64,000 nt of DNA from Candidatus Babelota bacterium (GCA_049325595.1 JBMOLF010000001.1:1-64000); one strand, 5' to 3'. Shown: positions 37,007 to 48,448, counted from the first letter of the stretch. The notes: a model not told the origin generated them from the letters alone. Translations and numbers: made by a program.

Positions 37007-37807
37007 TTAATCCTGTTGCGCATATTGTTTTAATTGCTCTAGAATGTAGGCTGCTTGCGCATGATTTTTGCACCCATGCAGCATGTAATAATGTATATCT
37101 GGTTGCGTATACCCATGCTCGTAAGGAATTCTATTTTCGCGCCATGCTTGTATGCTTTCAAAATATGGATCATAAACTGGCAGATATTGAGTCGCACCAT
37201 ATTTCCAAAGCAAAACATTTAATATAGTTTCATCAAAGTTTGGCGCCTTACGACCATATTTTAAGCATGCCTCGTACCATTCTTGTAAAAATGCTCGGCA
37301 AGTGTGTGAAAATAGAATATGCGCATGCACATACGGCATTGATTTATGGGTAACTCCCATTAACTTCATAATCTGATATTGATTTTCAGGATCTTTCGGA
37401 TGTAAAGGACATAGCGGATAGTCTTGTATGGTTTTACATACATCAAATAAGGTATCGACTCCTTTATTTAAAATATCATCTGCTTCGATATAGACCCCAT
37501 AATCCAGCCCTGATTCTAAAATAATACGCACTTTAATAAAAAAAATATGTACTTTGCTTAAATCAACATCAAGTCTACGTTTTATTAAACGAGGATATTG
37601 TGCCGTATCAAAAGGAATTTCGGCATTAATACCATACGCAATTACCGGTCGTGTTGAAAATTCATGTGCACTATCAAGGGTAACTTTAAGCAAATCAAAA
37701 TAATTACTGGTAGCAAAAGTAACAAAACCTTCGGATGGTTGTGTATGCGCATGCATATGCATACCAAGTACACATAAAATAATTACTATATATTTTTTCA
37801 TGTTCAC
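37007..37807 (-). CDS. Putative GT-A fold nucleotide-sugar transferase with signal peptide
   Basis: YIEADD, FLQEW, DETILNVLLW, LHGCK. Confidence 0.6.
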   Translation of the reverse strand: MNMKKYIVIILCVLGMHMHAHTQPSEGFVTFATSNYFDLLKVTLDSAHEFSTRPVIAYGINAEIPFDTAQYPRLIKRRLDVDLSKVHIFFIKVRIILESGLDYGVYIEADDILNKGVDTLFDVCKTIQDYPLCPLHPKDPENQYQIMKLMGVTHKSMPYVHAHILFSHTCRAFLQEWYEACLKYGRKAPNFDETILNVLLWKYGATQYLPVYDPYFESIQAWRENRIPYEHGYTQPDIHYYMLHGCKNHAQAAYILEQLKQYAQQD

Positions 37808-37816
37808 TCTTTCTGT

Positions 37817-38596
37817 TTATTCAATGCCTAATAAATGAACAAGCTCATTCAATTGCTGTTCATAGTAATCATAGGGACGCAACATATGGCAATCTGTGTA
37901 ATATCCTGATGATACTAATTGTGCATCATAACCCCACCATCCACGGTCGACACGTTTATCAACATGGTGACCGAGCTTTACTAATCGACCCGTTTGTGCA
38001 TGCCATCTATTGAGCGTATGATACAGTATTTGTTGATCAGTCGTCCAACCAAGTCCTAATGCATACCATTGTTTGATAATTTCAGGAATTTGATGTACTG
38101 AATCAACATTGAAAATCTCTTTAAATATGCTTCCTTTAGCAACATTGTAGCACATAGGATATTCGCACATATCTTGTCCTGCAAAAGCACCATCTTTGAA
38201 GGTAACAAAACAATCATCAGGAATATCTTTTACACTCTTTGCAAAATATTCTTTGCTTAAAGGAATCATATCCATATCAGAAATTATACATACTTCATCT
38301 TCAAAATAAGCCGGTGCTAATAACCGAATTACCTGCGCTTGAAAAGAAGTTGGAATACCTTCTATGGGTTCAAAACGAATTACCTCACCAAGAGTTTCAT
38401 CAACTACTACATTAGCTGGTGCAACCAAAAATAGAGTAGGTTGTACTCCTACTAGTTGTTTCCACGTTTTGGCAACAATCGGCCAAAATGGTAAATACAT
38501 AGGATTTGCATCAGATGCGATAATAACCCGGTCTATATGCAACGCTTGTATGCAAGGGGCTATTAACAATAGCCCCATAAATAATATGCTTTTCAT
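37817..38596 (-). CDS. Putative GT-A fold glycosyltransferase with signal peptide
   Basis: YLPFWP, AQVIRL, ISDMDM (DxD), WTTDQ, DCH..RP; cluster context. Confidence 0.55.
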   Translation of the reverse strand: MKSILFMGLLLIAPCIQALHIDRVIIASDANPMYLPFWPIVAKTWKQLVGVQPTLFLVAPANVVVDETLGEVIRFEPIEGIPTSFQAQVIRLLAPAYFEDEVCIISDMDMIPLSKEYFAKSVKDIPDDCFVTFKDGAFAGQDMCEYPMCYNVAKGSIFKEIFNVDSVHQIPEIIKQWYALGLGWTTDQQILYHTLNRWHAQTGRLVKLGHHVDKRVDRGWWGYDAQLVSSGYYTDCHMLRPYDYYEQQLNELVHLLGIE

Positions 38597-39312
38597 TACT
38601 TTTCACCTAATTGTAGTGGCGCATTGGCAAAATTAACGTATAAATCATCAAAGCCACCAAACTTGGTAATAAAGGTAAAACCTTTTGATTCCAATATTTT
38701 TTGTACATCAGTAGTGTTTTCATTATTCTCAACACTGATTACAAAAATAGGTATGTGATCAAAATCAATCGATTTAATAATATCAAGCTCAGAACCTTCT
38801 GTATCGATTGATAAATAATCAACACGCGTAATGCCATGCTCATCCATAGTTTTATTAAAGGTAATTACGGGTATATCAATGATGGTGTAATAGCTGCCTG
38901 GCGTTGTTGCTAAATACAAGTTCACCACTTTCCACCGATGTGGTTCTTCATCAAAAAATTTCTTGAGACCACTTAATTCTTCTAATTTTGCTATATCAAC
39001 AAATTGCATCATGCCTTCTGTTCCTGCCATGGCAGCTTGTATGCACGTACAATTACGTGCGGCTTTTAAATCAGCAAAAATTCGGGGAACTGGTTCGATG
39101 CATAACCCTTTCCAACCAAGCTCTTTTTCAAAAAAATAACTATTGCTAAAGCAAACACCATTATAAGCACCTATTTCAACAAACGTGCCGTTGCGCATAT
39201 TCTTAAAATAATGTTCATTCACGAACTTATCTTGGCCAACTTGGCTATAATATTCTGCAACACATGATGAAGCTATAAGCAATAAACTTATTACTATTTT
39301 TTTCATAGACAA
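38596..39312 (-). CDS. FkbM family methyltransferase with signal peptide
   Basis: YSQVGQD, FVEIGAYNG..SNS, GLCIEP, DYLSIDTEGSE. Confidence 0.92.
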   Translation of the reverse strand: MSMKKIVISLLLIASSCVAEYYSQVGQDKFVNEHYFKNMRNGTFVEIGAYNGVCFSNSYFFEKELGWKGLCIEPVPRIFADLKAARNCTCIQAAMAGTEGMMQFVDIAKLEELSGLKKFFDEEPHRWKVVNLYLATTPGSYYTIIDIPVITFNKTMDEHGITRVDYLSIDTEGSELDIIKSIDFDHIPIFVISVENNENTTDVQKILESKGFTFITKFGGFDDLYVNFANAPLQLGEK

Positions 39313-39318
39313 TCTTTC

Positions 39319-40611
39319 TTAAGCTGCAGCAGCCGCTATTTGTGTTTGCTGTTGAGCAATCAAGGATTTGCGATCTTCATAGAATTTAAGATTTTTCTTT
39401 AAATGTTCCATCTCTGGTCTATTTTCAAGTGCACAACGAACACCTTTTTCTCCCATGTCATATTCACCGATATACCAGGAAGAAATACCAACCACATCGT
39501 GACGCTCAAAATCATAAATGTTTTTATCTACAAACAATACATCACTAGTTGGATACGGTTGTTCACATGCACGGTGAGCAAAAAGATATGCCAGTGCATG
39601 CTCTCCTTTTGCCAAATAATGTTGAGCAATTTTTACCAATGGTTCTGTTCGGCATGATCTATAAGAATATGCTTTTAAATAATATTCAAGCGCTTTGGCC
39701 CAGGTATATTCGTCTTTTTCTTCTTTTTGCGCAAGCCATTCAGTAATTTGCGCTAAGCGATACCAGGTAACAAAATTCTCTTCGTACCAGCCAGGCAATG
39801 TGCTACGGTGTTTATAGTATTTATGTGCATTCTCAAGATCACCTAAACATGCATACGTTTGCGCAAGGTAAAATGTAGTACGCGGATCATTAGGGTGCTC
39901 ATTATGATATTTGAGTAATAAATCTAAATCACGTTTCCAACGAGCCATAGATTTATCGGCACCAGTTTTTGATGGCCGCAAATCAAAATATATTTCACCA
40001 GGCACACGATACGGAGTTCCTTCCATAATTGTTTCATGCACAACCCCACCAAAACGTAACTGGGCACTCTTGCGCAATAAACGTTGGGTATAAAAATCAA
40101 TGCTTGGATTCATGATACGCACTAAATAAGACGATTCTATAATATTATCTTTGTGCTCTTGGCAATAATCCATTAATGCCGGCATATTAACCATGTACCA
40201 CTCAGCATCGGGCATCATTAAAAACACTGCATTAGGGAATTTTTCTTCTGCAAGTTCTAGGCCTCTATTACGCGATGTTGCAAAATCAACAAAAGGTTCT
40301 TGAGCAATAGCTGCATTAGCAATACCATTTTCGGTAAAAAATTCTTCTGCTTTTTCAATTGTTTTATCAGTCGATCCCGTGTCGAATACAAAAAAACCAA
40401 GCGCACTTTTTTGTTCTTCACTTAATCCAACAATATATGATTCTAGGGTTGGTTTTATTACCGGTTCTTCGTCTTTGACCATAAGAACAACAACAAGCAT
40501 TAATTGATCGTACGATTTAAAACTATTCATAAATCGATTAGTTGCCCGTAATGTAAGCGGCACAAGGGCCAATAAGGTAATTAAAGACCAAATTCGTAAT
40601 AATATTTTCAT
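39319..40611 (-). CDS. GT2 glycosyltransferase with C-terminal TPRs (protein O-glycosyltransferase candidate), signal peptide
   Basis: MVKDEE, DTGSTD, DFATSRN, PDAEW, FGGVVHE, then PRTTFYLAQTY and further TPR-like helices. Confidence 0.85.
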   Translation of the reverse strand: MKILLRIWSLITLLALVPLTLRATNRFMNSFKSYDQLMLVVVLMVKDEEPVIKPTLESYIVGLSEEQKSALGFFVFDTGSTDKTIEKAEEFFTENGIANAAIAQEPFVDFATSRNRGLELAEEKFPNAVFLMMPDAEWYMVNMPALMDYCQEHKDNIIESSYLVRIMNPSIDFYTQRLLRKSAQLRFGGVVHETIMEGTPYRVPGEIYFDLRPSKTGADKSMARWKRDLDLLLKYHNEHPNDPRTTFYLAQTYACLGDLENAHKYYKHRSTLPGWYEENFVTWYRLAQITEWLAQKEEKDEYTWAKALEYYLKAYSYRSCRTEPLVKIAQHYLAKGEHALAYLFAHRACEQPYPTSDVLFVDKNIYDFERHDVVGISSWYIGEYDMGEKGVRCALENRPEMEHLKKNLKFYEDRKSLIAQQQTQIAAAAA

Positions 40612-40632
40612 CTTCTACTTTCCTTTTTTTTG

Positions 40633-41406
40633 TTATTCGTAATATGCGTAAATATCTCCCCACAGCAAATTGCCAATTTTGGGCAACTGTTGACTTCGTA
40701 GATCTTGTAATGTTGTTAATAACTCAGATGCTGATAGCCAGACAGAACTTACAAATTCAGTACTTTCTGCTATTACAAAATTAAATTTGGTATACCCCAG
40801 TTTTTGCAATCGTTCTAAACAGTTACGACTGTTATGCTCAGTTTCGCAGGCATACTCAAAAGAAATAAGTTGAATAGGATAAGATAATCCTTTAAGAACT
40901 TCATACTCAAAGTTTTCTACATCGATTTTGCAAAATACCGGCGTGCCATGTTTTTGTATCATATGATCTAATGTTGCAATGGGCACTTGAATAACTGTAT
41001 CCCACTTAAAACTGCCACAGCTACCATCAGAAAAGCGCGATTGCTCAATCCACTCACGTGAAAATGTTGAAAGGGTATCAGCATCGCACTGATAAAAAGG
41101 TAATACTCCTTCTTTTTCACCAATGGCAAGAGGCTCAAGCAAAATATGATCATTATTATTAAATCTATTTTTTAGATACCTTTGTAAATGTGGCTGCGGT
41201 TCAAAACAGACAACACGTGCACCTAAACTTGTCAACGATGCTGCTTTTTTCCCTTGGTGTGCACCAATATCAAATACAAGGTCACCGGTTTTAATAAATG
41301 GCTTTAAAAACTCAGAATATCCTATTGGATCAAATTGATCTTTGATGGTGTATGAAAAAATTATTGATGTGCTAAATAGTAAAATCCAAAGATATGATTG
41401 CTTCAT
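40633..41406 (-). CDS. FkbM family methyltransferase with signal peptide
   Basis: VFDIGAHQG, VVCFEPQP, TLD, KIDVENFEYEVLKG. Confidence 0.92.
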   Translation of the reverse strand: MKQSYLWILLFSTSIIFSYTIKDQFDPIGYSEFLKPFIKTGDLVFDIGAHQGKKAASLTSLGARVVCFEPQPHLQRYLKNRFNNNDHILLEPLAIGEKEGVLPFYQCDADTLSTFSREWIEQSRFSDGSCGSFKWDTVIQVPIATLDHMIQKHGTPVFCKIDVENFEYEVLKGLSYPIQLISFEYACETEHNSRNCLERLQKLGYTKFNFVIAESTEFVSSVWLSASELLTTLQDLRSQQLPKIGNLLWGDIYAYYE

Positions 41407-41438
41407 TACACTCCTTTGTATCTCAATTTTTGAAGATG

Positions 41439-41467
41439 ACCTTACTATGATTTAATGCAAAGGTCAA
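41439..41467 (-). promoter_or_regulatory. Putative sigma70 promoter for the 41406->36028 GT/MTase operon
   Basis: TTGACC-17 nt-TAAGGT. Confidence 0.5.
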
Positions 41468-41472
41468 TTTAT

Positions 41473-43374
41473 CTAAAGTACTCGTCGTATTACTACTCCT
41501 GCTGCCGGCTGGCTCGCATTGTAAGTAGTAACTTGATATACAGAACAATTATCTTTATTCACACGAGCTTGTATCATAAAACTTGTACCTACCGAAGCAT
41601 TAATAAAAAATGTTTTTGTTAGGGGCATTGTAACATTATTAACTGGATCAGCGGTAAAGTTACCAATAGCCATACTAGTTAGATATGCCGTACTATCAAC
41701 AACTGCTTGTACTGCAGCGGTAGTTACACCGCTAGGTCCTAGCAAAAAATTTACCCAATAGGTAACTTCATAAAGCCCTGCCAATGTACAGGTAAATTGA
41801 GTAGCACCACTCAATGTTGTTGCTGTCCACCCATTGGGCGTCAATGCAGCTGAACTCATAACAATTCCTGTCCATGAGTTATTTGGTAATGTCGATGAAC
41901 TAATGCGATAATTACTTAAATATCCTTGCGGAGAACTATCAAATGTTCCGGTATTTCCTTGTGGACCAGTAGCTCCTGTGTTGCCAATTAGTCCCTCTGG
42001 ACCAGTTGCACCAGTAAAGCCAGCTGGGCCCGTGTTGCCGGTTGCTCCTTGTGGTCCTGTTGCACCGGTATTTCCCGTTGCACCTATAGATCCAGTATTA
42101 CCAATTGGTCCGGTAGATCCAGTAGTATTTGAAATAGTAACTATGCCAGCAATACCACCTGCACCAAAACTCGCATCAAAACTACCATCAGAATTTAATT
42201 GCGTGAGCATAATAAATGATGATGAGCCTGCATTAGCTATCCCTGCGGTAATAATATTTCCGTTAGTGTTAATTCTTAATGCTTGTGCTTGATTTGAAAT
42301 AGCAAGATTAGTAGTTACTATGCCATTCATTCCAAAAGAGGTATCAATCGCTCCCGCAGAGGTATACCGTACTACTGTCGTTTGTGTTGGATCTCCACCA
42401 TTCACTGATCCACCACCAACAACAATAGATCCGTCTGTTTGCAAGGCACCACAAAAACCAAATGCTTGCGTATTAATGTTCGTTGTTACAATACCATTAG
42501 TACCAAAAGTAGCATCAAGCGCGCCAGCAGGAGTAAATCGGGCCATTGATATAACAGAAAATCCATCTAATATTGATGATCCAATTAAAACAGGTTTGCC
42601 ATCAGATTGCACCAAAACTTTTTGTGCAGTATCAGAACCAGTAATATTCGCTATGCTTACACCACCAGTTCCAAAAGTGGCATCAAGAACTCCTGTTGAA
42701 AGATAGCGCGCTACAAAAAAATTTTGTTGCAAACCAGTAGTAACTGATCCGCCTACCACTATGGTACCATCACCCGGTAAAGCAAGTGAAAATAATGCAA
42801 TGCCATCATCTTGGGTAATAGTGGTAATACCATTAGTCCCAAAGCTATTATCAAGAACTCCTTCACTGGAATATCGCGCAACAAATCCATAATTTGTATT
42901 GGTTATTATTGCCGATCCTGCAATAACAATTGAATCATCAGGTTGAATAGCAAGCGCATATGCAGAGGCTGCAGAACCTAACGTAGTTTCTACAATACCA
43001 CCAGAGCCAAAGGTAGTATCTAAGTCACCAGAGCTTAAATAACGAGCAACTATAATAATATACTGATCATTCATTGTTGCGGTACCGGCAATTATAATTT
43101 TTCCCGTTGATTGTAGTCGCACACTATACACTTTAGCATTTGAACCAATTGAAAGTTGCGCAACTCCTTGAACGCCAAATGAACTATCTAAAGCTCCTGA
43201 TGAAAGATATTGAGCAAGCACTGATTGAGTATTTGAATATCCTGCCGTTAACAAAGATCCATTTGATTGTATAACAAAACTTCGAGCAACGCCATTTAAA
43301 GGTCCACTGCTCGAATTAATCGATAAAGTAATTAGTAGTAATGATATTAGCATCTTACATAAAATTTGCTTCAT
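41473..43374 (-). CDS. Secreted delta-60 repeat (7-blade beta-propeller) + collagen (~20 triplets) + C1q/BclA-like head
   Basis: Seven Q.DG.I...G ... ARY...G.LD.TFG repeats; GXT stalk; head with GLYEVTY, ends VVIRRVL. Confidence 0.88.
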   Translation of the reverse strand: MKQILCKMLISLLLITLSINSSSGPLNGVARSFVIQSNGSLLTAGYSNTQSVLAQYLSSGALDSSFGVQGVAQLSIGSNAKVYSVRLQSTGKIIIAGTATMNDQYIIIVARYLSSGDLDTTFGSGGIVETTLGSAASAYALAIQPDDSIVIAGSAIITNTNYGFVARYSSEGVLDNSFGTNGITTITQDDGIALFSLALPGDGTIVVGGSVTTGLQQNFFVARYLSTGVLDATFGTGGVSIANITGSDTAQKVLVQSDGKPVLIGSSILDGFSVISMARFTPAGALDATFGTNGIVTTNINTQAFGFCGALQTDGSIVVGGGSVNGGDPTQTTVVRYTSAGAIDTSFGMNGIVTTNLAISNQAQALRINTNGNIITAGIANAGSSSFIMLTQLNSDGSFDASFGAGGIAGIVTISNTTGSTGPIGNTGSIGATGNTGATGPQGATGNTGPAGFTGATGPEGLIGNTGATGPQGNTGTFDSSPQGYLSNYRISSSTLPNNSWTGIVMSSAALTPNGWTATTLSGATQFTCTLAGLYEVTYWVNFLLGPSGVTTAAVQAVVDSTAYLTSMAIGNFTADPVNNVTMPLTKTFFINASVGTSFMIQARVNKDNCSVYQVTTYNASQPAAGVVIRRVL

Positions 43375-43451
43375 GCTTTCTATGCTCCCCTATAAATAAA
43401 TTAATTCTTTAATCATAAAAAAATAGCGCGGCAAAAATACTGCGCTCTAAT

Positions 43452-46136
43452 TTAGAATAACTCTATTTGCACTACCGTATTTGCCGTTGCAGAGCCAGCT
43501 CCACGAACTACTTTCACTGAAATAGAATCACCTGGATTAAATGCTACTGAGACTGAGTTGTTAATGGCTGAGGTATTAGTACCACTTAAAGAAACCGATA
43601 ATACAGTATCAACACCATTTTTTCTTACGGTAAAGGTGTCGGTATTACCAACGCCTGGCGCAGTAACAGCACGTACATCAATAGATTTTACCAAAACTTT
43701 TTGTGATACACGTATAAATGCCTCTGTAGCATTGGGAGATGTTGTACCTGGCCACATAAAATTAGTTCCAGCCGGCAATGCCCCTTGATCGGCAAATAAT
43801 ATAAGAGCAGGTTGCGTTACCGTGCCAAAACCTAACCCATTTGCATTGTTATTAATCAAATTAGCCGAACCTAATGACAAAGTCCCATTTGTTTGCGAAA
43901 TATCTGCGCCATCACCAGCTACTGATACGAGTCGACCAGTCAATTGAGCACCAGTGCCTATGGTCTCAATACCAATATAACCGGAGTTACCGGTAATACC
44001 CGTTAATCCTCTAACCAAAATATTTACATCTCGAATGTTAAATGAACTATTTTCTACCAGAACTCCTCTTTTTGGACCAGTTCCAGCCGATAATACTTTA
44101 ATAGTCGTCGTACGCACATTGGTAGCTTCTTCTGGGCTAATGCCTGTGGCTGCGATACAATGTATACCATAAACGGCTGAACTACCGGTCGGTGATGCCG
44201 TTGAGTTGTCTACGGTAACATTAACCGTATTAATTCGCGCATCGAGATTTGTTCTTCCAGGGAATACTATTCCGCGTATTTGCTGATGCTGATTAGATTG
44301 CAAGAGAATTGATATATCTTGCAGTCGGGTGTCAGTGCCCATGGTTACTAAATCCGTTGGTCCGGTGACTCCGGTAAGAAAAATATTGGTATTGAGTAAA
44401 GATAATCCACGCAATGAAACCCCATCTTTAATAGTTACAATTTCTGGATAGTTACCCGGGAAAACCCACACAACCGTACCTGGCAATGCAGCATTCATCG
44501 CAGCGTTAATAGTTTTAAACGGAGGGCCGTTCAATTGGCCAGTGCTATCGTTACCATAAATCTGGTCAACCCGCGCTACATTACCAAAAGCTTGTGTTCC
44601 AGTAGCTGGAGCAGGACCAGTAGCACCGGTGTTACCTTGTATCCCTTGTGGCCCCGTTGCACCAGTATTACCCTGTGATCCTTGGGGACCTGTTGCGCCT
44701 GTGTTACCAGTTAGTCCCTCTGGGCCAGTATTCCCTGTATTACCCGTAGTTCCTTGAGCTCCTTGTGGGCCAGTCGCTCCTGTATTACCAGTATTCCCCA
44801 TTGCACCAGTTGGTCCGGTAAAACCAGTATTACCTCCCGGACCAGTAAAACCTGTTGATCCCTGAAATCCTGTGTTTCCTGTTGGTCCTGTTGGATTAGG
44901 TTGTATACAACTTGCAATGCCTCCAAAGCCAAAAGCTTGGTCAAACGTTCCATCAGCTAAATATCGTACAAGAGTAAAATAAACAATACCATTAATTTCT
45001 GCATAACCACCTATGACAATTTTGCCATCAGGTTGTAAAACTATTGATCTTGATTCAGAGTTATCCCCTACCGATGTTTCTTTTATACCATCGATTCCAA
45101 AGGTCATATCAAGAGCTCCATTAGATGCATACCGAACAGTAGCCATGTATAATTGGCTTGCCAAACTTGATGCATTACCAGTTACTACAATATTGGTATC
45201 TGGCTGAATTAACATGCTAAGACCAAAAGATCCCTTGGCAATAGGAGTGGTTACAATACCTCCCGTACCAAAACCACCATCTAGGTTCCCCGCTGAAGTA
45301 TATCGCACCAAAGATATTGTATTTAACTCATTAATAAGTGAAGTCCCCGTAACTACTATGTTACCATCAGCTTGAATAACCAAAGAATGTGCAATATCTG
45401 TAGAACTTATGGATGTAGTAACAATACCTCCTGATCCAAAGGTGCCATCAAGAATACCTCCTGTTGTATATCTCGCTACTGCAAATTTTGTTGTAATATC
45501 ATTGATGGTAAAACCTGCAACGACTATGCTTCCATCAGATTGTAATGCTACCGCATTAGCACCGGTAAAGGTATCAATTCCCGTCGTAACAATACCTCCA
45601 CTACCAAATGTAATATCAAGAACACCTAAAGAGCTATATCGAGCAAGAATAATCTCAGTACCATTATTGCGAGCAACTGTACCTGCAATAACAATTTTAT
45701 TATCTGGTTGTACAACAATCGCACTTGCTACACACCCATCATCTACTGGCGTGGTTACAATGCCACCAGTACCAAAGGTTACATCCAAAACACCAGCGAT
45801 TGTATACCGAGCAAGAACAATCTGAGGAACTCCTGAAATAATAGCCTGCCCAGCAATTATAATGCTCCCATCAGATTGCAATGCACATCCATATGATACA
45901 GCTATTGATCCTACCGTGGTATCTACAACGCCATTTGTACCAAATGAACTATCTAATGAACCATTACTCGTATAACGCACCGTTCGTAACTGGTTATTAT
46001 TAAAACCGGTTGCCACAATTTTGTTGTCAGATTGAAGCACAATACCATTAATAATCCCCTGAGGCGTACTGCAAGGCCTACTACATGTAGCAATAACACA
46101 TAACAATAATCCAAGATAATTTATAAGTTGCTTCAT
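43452..46136 (-). CDS. Secreted delta-60 propeller + collagen (~31 triplets) + pectin-lyase-like beta-helix and C-terminal beta domain
   Basis: Seven delta-60 repeats; after the stalk, [11 protein letters not shown]...PFKTINAAM...[14 protein letters not shown] typical of right-handed beta-helix N-caps. Confidence 0.82.
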   Translation of the reverse strand: MKQLINYLGLLLCVIATCSRPCSTPQGIINGIVLQSDNKIVATGFNNNQLRTVRYTSNGSLDSSFGTNGVVDTTVGSIAVSYGCALQSDGSIIIAGQAIISGVPQIVLARYTIAGVLDVTFGTGGIVTTPVDDGCVASAIVVQPDNKIVIAGTVARNNGTEIILARYSSLGVLDITFGSGGIVTTGIDTFTGANAVALQSDGSIVVAGFTINDITTKFAVARYTTGGILDGTFGSGGIVTTSISSTDIAHSLVIQADGNIVVTGTSLINELNTISLVRYTSAGNLDGGFGTGGIVTTPIAKGSFGLSMLIQPDTNIVVTGNASSLASQLYMATVRYASNGALDMTFGIDGIKETSVGDNSESRSIVLQPDGKIVIGGYAEINGIVYFTLVRYLADGTFDQAFGFGGIASCIQPNPTGPTGNTGFQGSTGFTGPGGNTGFTGPTGAMGNTGNTGATGPQGAQGTTGNTGNTGPEGLTGNTGATGPQGSQGNTGATGPQGIQGNTGATGPAPATGTQAFGNVARVDQIYGNDSTGQLNGPPFKTINAAMNAALPGTVVWVFPGNYPEIVTIKDGVSLRGLSLLNTNIFLTGVTGPTDLVTMGTDTRLQDISILLQSNQHQQIRGIVFPGRTNLDARINTVNVTVDNSTASPTGSSAVYGIHCIAATGISPEEATNVRTTTIKVLSAGTGPKRGVLVENSSFNIRDVNILVRGLTGITGNSGYIGIETIGTGAQLTGRLVSVAGDGADISQTNGTLSLGSANLINNNANGLGFGTVTQPALILFADQGALPAGTNFMWPGTTSPNATEAFIRVSQKVLVKSIDVRAVTAPGVGNTDTFTVRKNGVDTVLSVSLSGTNTSAINNSVSVAFNPGDSISVKVVRGAGSATANTVVQIELF

Positions 46137-46150
46137 TATCTATTCCTTTT

Positions 46151-48448
46151 TTAAATCTTAGTTATCGTAATAGAAATACTTGGGCCAGTTAATCCTGTTG
46201 GAGCTGCATCAAAATTATTTCCTGCTCTCAGTCGCACCGCTGCTGCATTTGCCGCAAATCTAAATCTCAGTATTTGAGCTATACCGCTGCAATTTAAGAT
46301 AAAACTTTTCGATATGGGTAAAACTTGATTAGTAGTATTTAAATCAATTGAGCTTTCACTGCCATTTACTAAATTATCATTTAATGTTGCTCTAAAAGCT
46401 GTTGTCATTGTAGCGCCAGCTATTTTTTCAACTTCTGCATCATATTGAACTAAATATAAGCCTGTTACGCTGTTAACAAACGATGCTGTTCCAACTGTAT
46501 GAGACCATCCATTAATTTGTTGATTGATATTAAATAGAATATCTTGATAGGTATTTGCAAGCGCAATCGCTTGGTTGGTTGTATCAAATGAAAATACATA
46601 ATTTGCTGCTGGAGGTATAACTCCCGTATTACCCTGCGGACCAGTATTACCAGTTGCCCCCTGTGGACCAGTATTACCGGTATTGCCAGTTGATCCTGTT
46701 GCACCAGTTGGCCCCGTAGAACCTGTACTACCTTGTGGTCCTGTATTACCCGTAGCACCACTATTACCTTGAATACCCTGGGGACCAGTTGCACCTGTAG
46801 CACCGGTTGGCCCTAAGTCACCTTGGGCGCCGGTATTACCAGTGCTACCGGTTATACCTTGTATTCCTTGTGGACCTGTTGCTCCAGTAAATCCAGTATT
46901 TCCTTGAGGACCGGTATTTCCTGTAGATCCTTGAATTCCCTGCGCACCGGTAGCTCCCGTATTGCCAGTAGAGCCGGTGGCACCCACTGTTCCTTGTGGA
47001 CCAGTTGCTCCTGTATTACCAGTATTTCCCATCGCACCAGTTGCTCCGGTAAAACCAGTAAAGCCGGTATTTCCCGTTGCCCCTGTCATACCATTATTTC
47101 CAGTGGGACCAGTATTTCCTGTAGTGCCTTGCACACCTTGGGGACCCGTATTACCAGTAGTACCTTGAATACCCTGTGGGCCAGTATTTCCAGTAGTTCC
47201 AGTTGTACCTGTGTCTCCCTGAGGCCCCGTGTTGCCTTGTGGACCCGTATTGCCTTGGGGGCCGGTATCACCAGTAGCACCCGTACTACCTGGGTCACCA
47301 GTCACACCTGTATTTCCTTGAGGACCAGTATTACCCTGAGACCCGGTTTGGCCAGTATTGCCTGTTGAGCCTTGTGGACCGGTATTTCCTGTCACTGAGG
47401 GCCCGGTATTACCCTGTGGGCCTGTGTTACCTTGTGCTCCGGTTTGGCCCGTATTACCGGTAGTTCCTTGTAATCCAGTTATTGATGGTCCGGTATTGCC
47501 TTGAGGGCCAGTATTACCCTGCAACCCTTGTGGACCGGTGTTACCTGTTGCTCCCGTATTTCCTGGATTTCCTGTTGCACCGGTATTACCTTGCGGACCT
47601 GTATTGCCTGGATCTCCTGTAGCACCCGTATTTCCCGTGCTCCCTTGTGGTCCGGTGTTTCCGGTAACTGATGGTCCAGTATTACCTTGAGCGCCTGTAT
47701 TACCGGTCGCACCAGTAGAACCGGTAGTTCCTGTTGGTCCACCTTCGGGTCCTTGTGGGCCAGTATTACCTTGTGGGCCCGTTGCACCGGTGTTACCTTG
47801 CCCACCACCTCCGCCTCCCGTGCAAATACATTGAAGACCCGGATTGATGATTTTACCGCATACGAGTAAATCTCCTCCTATACGCACATTGTGGCGGACA
47901 CACAAGTTATTAAAAACTTTTACTGCTTTTCTATGAAGTAGTTGATCATTTTCATCATTATTGTAATGATTACCAACAAATCTACCATCCTCATCAAACT
48001 GCGCATAAAAACTATGTTCTTGGTCGGCAAAAACACCAATTGATATCATGCGCTCATTATCAATAAAACAATCAAAATTATTGATTGTCGCATCAACAAT
48101 CACACATCTAGTTAGTCCGTTTTCGCCAAATTTTTCATCAATTTCTCCGGCAACATAACGAATTAAGAAAATATGGGTATCAAGACCTTCTTGTCTAACT
48201 CCCGTTAACAAACAGGCATCATTACCAATTTCAACTACTCCCCAAGAGGCAAAATCAAACAAAAAAGGAGTTTTAATAATACGTGTAGTTGTCAGTTGAT
48301 TATTATCATTGTCATTTAAGATAAGTTTAATAGTAAGATACTCATCATCTTCACACAAAATAGAATCTGCTAATGTTTTTTGATGAGATAAAAATAATAA
48401 AGAGAAAATAACTATAAGTTTTTCAAAGCAATTTTTTGACCACATCAT
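46151..48448 (-). CDS. Long secreted collagen-like protein (~130 triplets) with C1q/BclA-like head
   Basis: Signal peptide, acidic N-domain, neck [20 protein letters not shown], ~390 aa GNT/GPQ/GAT stalk (47800-46620), head ends SITITKI. Confidence 0.9.
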   Translation of the reverse strand: MMWSKNCFEKLIVIFSLLFLSHQKTLADSILCEDDEYLTIKLILNDNDNNQLTTTRIIKTPFLFDFASWGVVEIGNDACLLTGVRQEGLDTHIFLIRYVAGEIDEKFGENGLTRCVIVDATINNFDCFIDNERMISIGVFADQEHSFYAQFDEDGRFVGNHYNNDENDQLLHRKAVKVFNNLCVRHNVRIGGDLLVCGKIINPGLQCICTGGGGGGQGNTGATGPQGNTGPQGPEGGPTGTTGSTGATGNTGAQGNTGPSVTGNTGPQGSTGNTGATGDPGNTGPQGNTGATGNPGNTGATGNTGPQGLQGNTGPQGNTGPSITGLQGTTGNTGQTGAQGNTGPQGNTGPSVTGNTGPQGSTGNTGQTGSQGNTGPQGNTGVTGDPGSTGATGDTGPQGNTGPQGNTGPQGDTGTTGTTGNTGPQGIQGTTGNTGPQGVQGTTGNTGPTGNNGMTGATGNTGFTGFTGATGAMGNTGNTGATGPQGTVGATGSTGNTGATGAQGIQGSTGNTGPQGNTGFTGATGPQGIQGITGSTGNTGAQGDLGPTGATGATGPQGIQGNSGATGNTGPQGSTGSTGPTGATGSTGNTGNTGPQGATGNTGPQGNTGVIPPAANYVFSFDTTNQAIALANTYQDILFNINQQINGWSHTVGTASFVNSVTGLYLVQYDAEVEKIAGATMTTAFRATLNDNLVNGSESSIDLNTTNQVLPISKSFILNCSGIAQILRFRFAANAAAVRLRAGNNFDAAPTGLTGPSISITITKI

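Noticed and set aside
24492..41406. Standard O-antigen/capsule locus
   Set aside because: No flippase, polymerase, ABC exporter, chain-length regulator, initiating transferase or sugar-synthesis genes; mixed orientations; export signals on the enzymes
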